Shown: positions 1 through 8,006 of the stretch, piece by piece
Numbering within the stretch: the first letter of the stretch is position 1
Layout: the number at the start of each line of letters is the position of its first letter
Assembly: GCA_963847705.1 (NCBI GenBank)
Contig: CAWKBC010000016.1
Location: 1-42,139 of the forward strand
Reading direction: 5' to 3'
From: an uncultured Pseudomonadota bacterium
GTDB lineage: Bacteria; Myxococcota_A; Polyangia; Fen-1088
Length of the DNA: 42,139 nucleotides
Notes under the pieces: generated by a model
Seen by the model: only the letters and a program-made list of their open reading frames with translations
Told to the model about the DNA's origin: nothing
Database searches by the model: none
Translations under genes and position numbers: made by a program

Positions 1-96
1 CGATGGCGGTTGGCCGACCGTCCGGCGTCGGAATGAACCATCCTGTGGTACCGGTGACGTTCGACGGTTGCCTATGCGGGCCGGGACCGACTTGAC

Positions 97-1632
97 GTGT
101 CCATCTTCGACAACGACTCAACCCTGAGCGGACCCTTCGAGCCCCCAACCGGGTCACTGAGCGCGCCCGTCGTACCTGCGCTCACAATCCTGTGGCACCC
201 GGACCTCAATCGAGTCGGTGAGGTAGCTCTTCTCGAAGACGACGGTGTGTTGGGCTTCACCCGAGATGCCCCGGCGTTTTTTGTTCCTGGCTCCAACGTT
301 GGCCGGCCGATAGCTCACCGCATGATGGGCCGGGACCCCGTCGTAGGATTCGCATCAGTACAGGGCCGTCTCGAGATCCGGCCAGGTTCCACCGACATCG
401 AGGTTCGCGTCGATGGGGAACGGTTCGATCAGACGCGTCAGCTCGATCCAGCAGAGCTTGGACGCGGCATCATCGTGACCGTTGCTCGTGCGTTCGCTTT
501 CTGCCTGCACAGTATTCGCCACCCGGTCACCCGCTCCCCGAACCTTGGTCTCGTCGGGTCGAGTGACGCGATAGACGACGTTCGCCACGCAATCATGCGG
601 GCCGCAGGGAGAGCCGACACAGTCCTCATACGGGGCGAAAGCGGCACGGGTAAAGAGCTGGTCGCCCGCGCTTTGCACGAGAGCGGTCCTCGCGCGAAAG
701 GTCCTTTCGTCCCCGAGAACGCCAGCCGCTTTCAGCGGGAACGCGCAGACGACGTGCTCTTCGGCCACGAACGAGGAGCGTTCACGGGCGCTACCGACAG
801 TCAGCCTGGACTTTTCCGCGCCGCCCACGGCGGCACCCTCTTCATCGACGAGATCGGCGATCTGCCTTTGGAGGCTCAGCCGATGCTCCTGCGGGTGATT
901 GAAGACCGCATCGTCCAGCCTCTCAGCAGCACCAGGTCCCGAAAGGTGGACGTTTTCGTCGTCGCCGCTACCAACGCAGATCTCGAGGCCGCGCTCTCAG
1001 CAGGGCGCTTCAACGAGTCGCTGTTCTACCGCCTCAAGACCAGCGTCAACATCGCTCTCCCGCCGCTCCGCGCGCGTCGGGAAGACGTCGGCTTGCTGCT
1101 CGTTCATTTCCTCCGCATCTATCTCGACGCCGACCTCCAGTCCCTGCAGACCGCGGACCCTCCCTGGCTCGCCGCCCGTGATGTCGCCGCCCTGGCCATG
1201 CATTCCTGGCCCGATAACGTCCGAGGACTCGAAGGGGTGGCCAGGAACCTAGCGATCGAGGCGGGCCCCGGTGCTCGCTGCGGCACGCACGACTGGATCA
1301 AGAACTTCTTGGCCGAAGCAGAACGACAGCCCCCACCGGACGCGAGCTCGTCCCGTGAGACGAAGTCCGCCGCCAGCAACCGCGACCTGCTCCTCGCCGC
1401 CCTCGAGCGCAGCGGTTGGAGCAGCGCGCGGGCCGCCAAGCTCATCGGTCTCTCCCCACCCACTTTCTCGCGGCGCCTGGGCGAGCATCCTGAGCTCCGT
1501 ACGGTCGCCAAGCTTCGCATCGCAGATCTGATTCGCGAAGAACGTGAGGCGAACGGCGACGTGGAGATCGCGGCGAAGAGGCTCGGCGTCTCTCCCGCCC
1601 TGCTCGCGCGACGCCTCCGCCGCCCTCGATAG
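97..1632 (+). CDS. Sigma54-dependent enhancer-binding protein (NtrC/Fis family AAA+), probable FHA-like N-terminus, two C-terminal HTH-like motifs
   Basis: Walker A GESGTGKE, GAFTGA loop, Walker B FIDEIG, LPPLRARREDV, WPDNVRGL. HTH-like ARAAKLIGLSPPTFSRRL and EIAAKRLGVSPALLARRL. Confidence 0.93.
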   Translation: MSIFDNDSTLSGPFEPPTGSLSAPVVPALTILWHPDLNRVGEVALLEDDGVLGFTRDAPAFFVPGSNVGRPIAHRMMGRDPVVGFASVQGRLEIRPGSTDIEVRVDGERFDQTRQLDPAELGRGIIVTVARAFAFCLHSIRHPVTRSPNLGLVGSSDAIDDVRHAIMRAAGRADTVLIRGESGTGKELVARALHESGPRAKGPFVPENASRFQRERADDVLFGHERGAFTGATDSQPGLFRAAHGGTLFIDEIGDLPLEAQPMLLRVIEDRIVQPLSSTRSRKVDVFVVAATNADLEAALSAGRFNESLFYRLKTSVNIALPPLRARREDVGLLLVHFLRIYLDADLQSLQTADPPWLAARDVAALAMHSWPDNVRGLEGVARNLAIEAGPGARCGTHDWIKNFLAEAERQPPPDASSSRETKSAASNRDLLLAALERSGWSSARAAKLIGLSPPTFSRRLGEHPELRTVAKLRIADLIREEREANGDVEIAAKRLGVSPALLARRLRRPR

Positions 1633-1646
1633 TCCAGCCGGTCGCG

Positions 1647-1688
1647 TTTCATTTCATTTCACGGCGTTTCAGTGAAACGGAAATGAAA
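1647..1688. promoter_or_regulatory. Palindromic TTTCA/TGAAA array, candidate upstream activator site
   Basis: TTTCATTTC-acgg-CGTTTCA-g-TGAAACG-GAAATGAAA inverted repeat, AT-rich in a high-GC context, about 55-95 bp upstream of a -24/-12 motif. Confidence 0.55.
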
Positions 1689-1740
1689 GGGTCGAGCGCC
1701 CTAAGTGCGCGTTTTTCCTAATCCGGTACCGCTGATTTCG

Positions 1741-1757
1741 TCGGCACCGAGCTTGCG
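1741..1757 (+). promoter_or_regulatory. Sigma54 (-24/-12) promoter
   Basis: TCGGCACCGAGCTTGCG has exact GG-N10-GC spacing and is close to the TGGCAC-N5-TTGC consensus; 50 bp upstream of ATG 1807. Confidence 0.7.
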
Positions 1758-1806
1758 ATTGGCCTCCTCCGTTCTGGGCGTTTCGCCCGCGGAAGAGAGG
1801 CCAGGG

Positions 1807-2451
1807 ATGCACGACGCAGCTCGCGACCAACTGATCAGAAGCCACCTTCCTCTCGTCCACCGGGTCTCGGAGCGTCTTCGCGCATCGTGGCGCGCGAACG
1901 GGCTGGAGATTGACGACCTCGTCGGCAGTGGCACCGTTGGCCTGGTTCAAGCGGCCGACCGGTTCGATCCGACAAAGGGCGTCAGCTTCAAGACGTACGC
2001 AGAGATCGTAATTGAGGGCGCCATCCGCGATGGCGTTGGCCGGGGCAGCTACTGGTTTGGCCGCCGCGCTGCCGGGAGCGTAGTGGTGGTCCATCTCGAG
2101 GATCTGGCGCCCGACGGCTGCGAGGGTTGGCTCGGACAAGCTCACGACGGCGAGGGAAACGTCCCCGCGCTCTGGAACGGGCATCCCTTTTTCCAACCGC
2201 CCAACGACGACGAACTCGATATTCGGTCGCTTCTTGCCGACGAGATACTCCACCTGCCCGATCGCGAACGTCGCGTGGTCCAACTCTGCTTCTACGAGGG
2301 TAAGAAGCTCACGCACGCTGCACAGGAGATGAAGATCCTATTGCCGCTGGCGTCGCGGCTCCGCAAACGGGCTCTGTGCCGCCTTCATCACGCGATCGGC
2401 AAGGGCCGAAAAGGCCGGCCCGAATCGACGGCCGGAGGGCTGGCCCCTTGA
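1807..2451 (+). CDS. Sigma70-family RNA polymerase sigma factor (FliA/WhiG-like region 2, divergent region 4)
   Basis: DDLVGSGTVGLVQAADRFDPTKGVSFKTYA (region 2) and LPDRERRVVQLCFYEG (region 4.1). Start ATG 1807 follows a purine-rich RBS. Confidence 0.88.
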   Translation: MHDAARDQLIRSHLPLVHRVSERLRASWRANGLEIDDLVGSGTVGLVQAADRFDPTKGVSFKTYAEIVIEGAIRDGVGRGSYWFGRRAAGSVVVVHLEDLAPDGCEGWLGQAHDGEGNVPALWNGHPFFQPPNDDELDIRSLLADEILHLPDRERRVVQLCFYEGKKLTHAAQEMKILLPLASRLRKRALCRLHHAIGKGRKGRPESTAGGLAP

Positions 2452-2512
2452 TCTCTGGCACTGATATACGGCCCCGTGGGCGCTGCGCTCGGGGCGGCGG
2501 ATCGGAGTGTGC

Positions 2513-3061
2513 GTGAGCACAGACTCCGATTTCGCGTCCGGCCACTTCGGCACGCGATATCTTACGACCGAGGAGGCGGCCGCCTATCTCCGGTTCCGGT
2601 CACCATCCGGTGTCTGGAACTTGGCGCGTCGAGGCGGTGTGCGCCCCCTGCAGCGAGGTCGTACCGCACTCTGGACAGTCGAGATGCTAGACCGGATGTT
2701 GCGGTCACCGGCCGTAGTGCCGGCCGTTTCCGAGGAGGGAGCTGATGCAAAAAACGAAATACCCCGGCGTGTGGCGACTCCCATCGGGCGGATACCACGT
2801 CCGAACCTCAGCGATCGATCCGCGGACCGGCCGGCTCCTGCCCCGCAAGCGGAACCTGCCGACGGCGACACTGGCGGAGGCGCTCCAAGAGGTCGCCCGG
2901 CTTCGCCAGATCGCCAAGGCCGGCGGCACGGTGCGCGATCCCAAGCAGCCGACCCTTACGGCCTTCGCGCGATCTTGGCTCGAAACACATCTTCCGCGCA
3001 TGACGTCGGATCTGGCCAAGGCGCGGTACGCGGAGGCGCTCGACCTCCACGTGCTGCCTGA
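2513..3061 (+). CDS. Helix-turn-helix (excisionase/HTH_17-like) protein; C-terminal part overlaps the integrase
   Basis: YLTTEEAAAYLRFRSPSGVWNLARRG winged-HTH pattern immediately upstream of the integrase; GGAG precedes GTG 2513. Confidence 0.75.
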   Translation: MSTDSDFASGHFGTRYLTTEEAAAYLRFRSPSGVWNLARRGGVRPLQRGRTALWTVEMLDRMLRSPAVVPAVSEEGADAKNEIPRRVATPIGRIPRPNLSDRSADRPAPAPQAEPADGDTGGGAPRGRPASPDRQGRRHGARSQAADPYGLRAILARNTSSAHDVGSGQGAVRGGARPPRAA

Positions 3062-4112
3062 GCTCGGCGCGTTCTTCATCGATCAGATCTTCGATCGCGA
3101 CCTCGAAGTGTGGCTGACGAAGCCACGGAAAGATCGCCGGGGGCGCGCCTACTCGCCGCATACGGTGAACGGCTGGTGGCGGGTCTTGAAGATGGTCCTC
3201 CAGGCCGCTGCGCGGCAGCACCGTCTTCCGGACCCTACAGCCGGCGTGAAGCCCCTGCCCCTCCCGCAACGTGAGCACGAGAACTCTCTGACCCCCGAAG
3301 AGCTGCGCGCGTTCCTCGACGTCGCCAAGCGGCTCTACCCGCAGTGGTACACGTTCATCGTCCTCGGCTTCACACTCGGGATGCGTCCCGGCGAGCTCCG
3401 CCCGCTCAGGTGGGACGAGGACGTCGACCTCGACGCCGGAACGCTGACCATTCGGCGATCGCAGCGTCGGACCTACGTCGGGCCCACGAAGACGAAACGT
3501 ATCCGGGTGATCTCCCTCCCGACGACGCTCGTCGAGCTTCTTCGTGCTCACCGGGAGGCGATAAAGGGATCAAAAGGATTCCGTCAGCTCGCGTTCCCGG
3601 CGGCCGGCGCGCCGGGCGTCGCAGTTGGCTCCAAGAAGCTGCAGCACTTCGCCAAGCTGATCGGTCTGCCGCCCCGGAAGGCGCGGGCGCTTCGCTGGGA
3701 CGCAGACATCGATCTATCGGCCGGCGTCGTCACCACGGCGTCCGACGGCAACTTGAGACTGTCGGCCCAAGTCTTAACGATTCTCCAGGAACTCCGCGAC
3801 GGCATGAGTGGCTACGCCGCTTCCGGCGACCTGCTCTTCCCAGCCGAGACGGGCGGCTTCGTCACGGCATCGTGCCTCGACAAACCGTTCCGCCAGATTG
3901 TGGCGACCGCGAAGATCAAGAAGCTCATCACACCTCGGGCGATGCGCCGGACGGCGCAGGATCTCTCACGGCTCGCCGGCGTCAACGACCTTGTCACCCG
4001 CGCCGTCAGCGGCCACAGCGACATCGCCATGCAGGAGCTTTACAGCACCATCCGCGGCGAGGAGATGCGGAAGTCGCTTGCGGCGGTCGTCCAGTTGGCC
4101 GGACTTACCTAA
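2745..4112 (+). CDS. Tyrosine recombinase / integrase
   Basis: GMRPGEL (catalytic R), PTKTK, TPRAMRRT (HxxR position reads RxxR), SGHS and LY (catalytic Tyr). SAM-like domain YSPHTVNGWWRVLK; strong RBS GAGGAGGGAG. Confidence 0.95.
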   Translation: MQKTKYPGVWRLPSGGYHVRTSAIDPRTGRLLPRKRNLPTATLAEALQEVARLRQIAKAGGTVRDPKQPTLTAFARSWLETHLPRMTSDLAKARYAEALDLHVLPELGAFFIDQIFDRDLEVWLTKPRKDRRGRAYSPHTVNGWWRVLKMVLQAAARQHRLPDPTAGVKPLPLPQREHENSLTPEELRAFLDVAKRLYPQWYTFIVLGFTLGMRPGELRPLRWDEDVDLDAGTLTIRRSQRRTYVGPTKTKRIRVISLPTTLVELLRAHREAIKGSKGFRQLAFPAAGAPGVAVGSKKLQHFAKLIGLPPRKARALRWDADIDLSAGVVTTASDGNLRLSAQVLTILQELRDGMSGYAASGDLLFPAETGGFVTASCLDKPFRQIVATAKIKKLITPRAMRRTAQDLSRLAGVNDLVTRAVSGHSDIAMQELYSTIRGEEMRKSLAAVVQLAGLT

Positions 4113-4393
4113 CCAACCGGGCCCGCGATCCATGCCTCGGGCGAACCGTCTGAGCATGCCCTGAAGCGTAGGGCGCGTCATCGAGGACGTCTACGACGGC
4201 CGCTCGATCCACCGCTCATGTTCTTCGACGCCGAGTCGAGTCATGCTCGACAGCTCGCGCCGGAGCGCCTTGAAGTCGCCAGGTCGTTTCAACGCCACGA
4301 TTCTAATCCAGGGGCGACCAGCGCAGCTGCGACCAACACACCGGCCTGGCGGAGCGGAAGACAGCCGCGGCCCGCGCCGGCTACACTGGTCTG

Positions 4394-5800
4394 ATGCGAT
4401 CGGAGGATCTGCACTTCGGTTTCTTCCCGGCGCTGCCATTGAGGGACAATCTCGAGCTTGGGGAGTGGGTGGTCGGTTCGCCGGCGCCGGAGGTTGAGTG
4501 GGCGTCATCCGAATTTCGACAGCTCGCCGAGACGCTCTACGACTCCTTTGCGCCGCGGTTCACCCGGGGAGCAAAACTCTGGCACCGTACGCGCGGGTTC
4601 GACGGATCGTGGCCAACAGCCGAAGCGTACCGAGCCATTCAAGCAGCGGTGGCGTTCGCGGTCTTCGACGTGAACGACCACGTCCCAGTGGCCGATCGCC
4701 AAACGCAGCTCGCAACGACGGACAACGCGGACCTCTTTCTGCAGCCTATCCACGATCGGATTACTCACGTTCGTCCGGGTGGCCTCCGGGGCGAATGGAT
4801 CGGCGGGTGGCCGATCGGAGAGGGGGCGCCCCCTCTTGCCGACGCCGTGTTCCCTCTCCAGCTCGCCGTACCGGCGTCAAAGACGTTGGCGAAGGCGGTC
4901 TACGACTTCTTGTGCGGAGGCTCCGCTAACCTTGCGCGAGTTGCCACCGCAATGGAGTGGCATCGGGTCGCGATGGCGAATCCCGCCGCCGTCACGCTAC
5001 AGCAGCGGATCGTCGCTCTCAAGACGGGATTCGAAGCGCTGCTGAATGAGAGCTCTTCGGTTGCCGCGGCTGGGTTGCTGCGGCGCCTGTTCGAGGACGC
5101 CACACGAGATCATCAAAAGCTTCTGCCGTGGGAGGGTGTGCTCTGGTCTCCAACGGAACGGACGATCTCCTACTGGTGGTGGGAGAGGGAAAAGAACGAG
5201 AAGATCAGAGTCCTCAAGCGATGCAGCGAGCTTGAACACTGGTTCTTGGCGTTTGCGAACGCTCGAAACGAGGTCATCCACGACGGCGTGTTGTCCTCCG
5301 ACGTGTACGTGGCGCCCGCCGAACGTCCCAAGTCACGTTACGCGGGCTCTCTTTTCTGGACTGGCGAGAGAGTCCTCCGCGAAGCCATCAAGACGGAGTT
5401 GGGATCGAAGGTGCTTCTTTGCGGGATCATTGCGGCCGACGAAAGGATTCGGGCGGCCGTCGGTCCGTCGCTTGACGTCGACAATCCGGTCAACCTGACG
5501 GCGACCGTCGGTCCATCCGCGACCACTCCCGTGACTCCGCTTCTGACGATGCTGCGGTCGCTTGGATGTCGAGCAGCGAACGAGATCACCATCTGCGACC
5601 TCTTCGAAGAAGGAGCTAGGCCGGGCGCGGTGGCGCGCGCCACAACCGGCCGTCACATCGATCCTTGGGACTCCGGATCGGAAGAATGGGGCGTCGACCC
5701 GGAGGAGAAGTGGATCGAAATCACCGGAGCGGAGCGTGAGCTTCTCAAGCAGGCGGGCGCAGAGGACGAGCTGCCGAATCTTTGGTACCCCTGCGAGTAG
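4394..5800 (+). CDS. Hypothetical protein with HEPN-like RxxxxH motif (ApeA/HEPN-like)
   Basis: The helix LVALKTGFEALL equivalent (IVALKTGFEALL) is followed by ARNEVIHDG at 5261-5287; 468 aa ORF inside the island. Confidence 0.65.
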   Translation: MRSEDLHFGFFPALPLRDNLELGEWVVGSPAPEVEWASSEFRQLAETLYDSFAPRFTRGAKLWHRTRGFDGSWPTAEAYRAIQAAVAFAVFDVNDHVPVADRQTQLATTDNADLFLQPIHDRITHVRPGGLRGEWIGGWPIGEGAPPLADAVFPLQLAVPASKTLAKAVYDFLCGGSANLARVATAMEWHRVAMANPAAVTLQQRIVALKTGFEALLNESSSVAAAGLLRRLFEDATRDHQKLLPWEGVLWSPTERTISYWWWEREKNEKIRVLKRCSELEHWFLAFANARNEVIHDGVLSSDVYVAPAERPKSRYAGSLFWTGERVLREAIKTELGSKVLLCGIIAADERIRAAVGPSLDVDNPVNLTATVGPSATTPVTPLLTMLRSLGCRAANEITICDLFEEGARPGAVARATTGRHIDPWDSGSEEWGVDPEEKWIEITGAERELLKQAGAEDELPNLWYPCE

Positions 5801-5857
5801 GCCCATGGCCCGCAGATGGTGCGTGGTCTTACACGCGAGCCGGATCTCCTGTTTGGC

Positions 5858-6514
5858 TCACCAGTCATTCGGTGGCGACAACATGCCCGGACTCTCGACG
5901 AGCAGGGGAATATTCTGATGGCACTCGGGACACTGCCCAGGCGTGGGGACAAGGCCAGTCGTATGCCGCATCCAACCGAAATAGAGCTGCTGCACGGCGA
6001 CCTGCGTGAGGGAAATTACCCGCTTAAGGCCTTCCATGAATACTGCCGTCACTGTGCAGATGTACCGGAAATCGACGTAGGAATCGGCGAATACTGATCC
6101 GAGCAGATTCGGAACGGCGGGCAAGTAATGGTTCGCGAAGGCCTTGCCGTCGATGACATCCGCCCGATTCTCGTCGGCACTCCGCTCCTGATCGCCTTGG
6201 ATCTCTGAAAGGGGTCGGACTATTGCCAGTTGCCGAATCTTGCCGTTCTCGACTTCACAACCGCGGCTGAGGAGAACTCCTAGCGTGAAGCGGCCGGGGA
6301 CCAGAAAGGTTGCGTCTTGCTTGCCTTCCGAAATCTTGGTGGGTAGCGGTGCCAGTGCTCCGAGGATCTCCACGGACTCGCGGTCATTCTTTTTCTGAGT
6401 ATTACCGGCAGCCCGCAGAGGCGGTTTGAGACCGCGAAAGGACGGAGACAGCGAGAATATGTCACCGGGCCGAATCTTCTCGTCCGGAACTCGGTACCAC
6501 TCTTCAGACGTCAT
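5858..6514 (-). CDS. Hypothetical protein, PemK/MazF-like pattern (putative toxin), C-terminal CxxC
   Basis: IRPGDIF...GVLLSRGCE...LAIVRPL...SYVDFRYICTV...RVISLT follows the order of PemK-family motifs. The start overlaps the upstream gene's stop region. Confidence 0.55.
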   Translation of the reverse strand: MTSEEWYRVPDEKIRPGDIFSLSPSFRGLKPPLRAAGNTQKKNDRESVEILGALAPLPTKISEGKQDATFLVPGRFTLGVLLSRGCEVENGKIRQLAIVRPLSEIQGDQERSADENRADVIDGKAFANHYLPAVPNLLGSVFADSYVDFRYICTVTAVFMEGLKRVISLTQVAVQQLYFGWMRHTTGLVPTPGQCPECHQNIPLLVESPGMLSPPNDW

Positions 6515-6953
6515 CGTCTTCGCCAGCTGGTGGCGCTGGACGACCTTCGATGTCGGTGGAGGACGCGAGAAGATGCCCTATGAATTTCGACTCCATCAGA
6601 GCCCGGGTTCGCCATCGTGCTTTAGCTTCTTCCACGGGATTTGAGAGAACCGGTCGCTTCACAGCGAGTTTGGCGTGCCACGCAGCAGGAGACACGTGAA
6701 CCAGCCGAGTCTGTCGCAATCGACCGTAAACCGAAACCAGCATACCGGCGGCCTGTTGTGAAATGGAAAACAGGTCGCTGATAGACCGGCCAATATGAAT
6801 AATCCCCGATGCCGCGTTAACGACGGACCACTTTTCCGTAGTGGTCTGAGTCGTTACGGGATCGACCGGGTCAAAATGAGCGACCGAACTCGACGTCGTG
6901 AGTCGCCACCGAGGACGCGCATTGTTGGTCGGACTATCTTTCTGTAGCTGCAT
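6504..6953 (-). CDS. Small hypothetical protein (putative antitoxin) between the TIGR04255-like and PemK-like genes
   Basis: ATG 6953 with a GAGGT RBS lying inside the upstream gene; overlaps both neighbours; ends in an acidic tail GEDDDV. Confidence 0.6.
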   Translation of the reverse strand: MQLQKDSPTNNARPRWRLTTSSSVAHFDPVDPVTTQTTTEKWSVVNAASGIIHIGRSISDLFSISQQAAGMLVSVYGRLRQTRLVHVSPAAWHAKLAVKRPVLSNPVEEAKARWRTRALMESKFIGHLLASSTDIEGRPAPPAGEDDDV

Positions 6954-7734
6954 CGATGACCTCAAATGTATTTCGCGCGTTGTCAGTTACAGAACCCTCA
7001 AACGGTTTGATGATTCCTTCGTCGTGGGCAGTTCGAAGCCAGGCCGCGAGAGTCTCAAATGTCGGCCGCCGATCGGGCTTCGATGTAACTCGAAGATCCA
7101 ACCATACTCCGAGGATCTTTTCGACCGCCGGTCCCGCCTTCACTGAATACCGGAGGTCAGCGCCGACGGAATCGAGGTCCATCCCGATGTCAGCAGCATA
7201 TTCCTGAATGGAGCTAAAGGATGGCGGAAGCGATAGACCGATGGTCAGCCAATCCTCAGCGATTCCGTCTTCACCGATAGGCACCTCGATCCTATTAATG
7301 TACCGCATCGAGGTCTGCTTCAGACCTCGAGCTGACCCGAGTTGTTGGTAGTGCTCAACAGCCGCCAGCACGTGCGGGACAAACCACTCAAAGCCCGGAT
7401 AAGGTTGTCCGTCCCCCGCTTCGGGGAGAGGTGGATTCCTGACAAAATGAATCGAAAGGACGCCCGGGCCCACCTGGACGGCCAGGCCGGGCCTGGCGGA
7501 AAGCCAGAGCCTTTCCGTAGGAAGCGGAGGTGTCGAGGGGACCGCGCCTGTGCTCGGGCCAAACTGAATGAGAACATGCTGGGTCTGAAACTGGTCCCGA
7601 CGGATGCAGCGTTCTTTCCATCCTTCGTAGAACCGTCCTGCCACCGATGGGTCCGGAGTGTCCTCGTCGTATAGAACCTCCACGATCGCCTCGAGGATGG
7701 GCGGCTTCCGGTACCGCTTCTTGGGGTCTGGCAC
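6934..7734 (-). CDS. TIGR04255-family protein
   Basis: Family-typical motifs YRKPPILEAIVEV, YPGFEWF, MRYINRI, WLDL and FEGSVT. Confidence 0.82.
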   Translation of the reverse strand: MPDPKKRYRKPPILEAIVEVLYDEDTPDPSVAGRFYEGWKERCIRRDQFQTQHVLIQFGPSTGAVPSTPPLPTERLWLSARPGLAVQVGPGVLSIHFVRNPPLPEAGDGQPYPGFEWFVPHVLAAVEHYQQLGSARGLKQTSMRYINRIEVPIGEDGIAEDWLTIGLSLPPSFSSIQEYAADIGMDLDSVGADLRYSVKAGPAVEKILGVWLDLRVTSKPDRRPTFETLAAWLRTAHDEGIIKPFEGSVTDNARNTFEVIDAATER

Positions 7735-8006
7735 CTTGTTGATTTAACCCCTCACGGACGTAGGTACTTCCCAAAAGTCAACGCCGCGATCTTGTCCGTG
7801 CATCGCGAACGGGACGCCACCCGAGGGCCTAACCCGGTGCGGAATTGGGTCCGATCGAATCTCCACTCGGATCGGCAGAAGTCGCGCATGAGCTTGAGGA
7901 CAACGTCACGGTAGTGCTCGCGGATCAGCGCGTCAAGAAAAACCGGGAGCTAGATGAAGACGTAGAAGTCCCCGCGCCATCTGGCTAGCGAAGCTGATCG
8001 GGTCGC

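Noticed and set aside
2740-2760. A-AAA-AAC slippery heptamer at the xis/integrase junction, suggesting a programmed -1 frameshift fusion
   Set aside because: The integrase is in the +1 frame relative to xis, so a -1 shift does not join them; the integrase also has its own strong RBS and ATG.
4113-4393. Possible attL copy or small minus-strand gene after the integrase
   Set aside because: No match to the tRNA 3' end was found. The 4191-4330 frame looks coding-like but has no credible start or recognisable motif.
7790-7990. Possible pseudogene fragment on the minus strand (WRGDFYVFI*LPVFLDALIREHYRDVVLKLMRDF)
   Set aside because: Short, interrupted and unrecognisable; it cannot be supported without a search.
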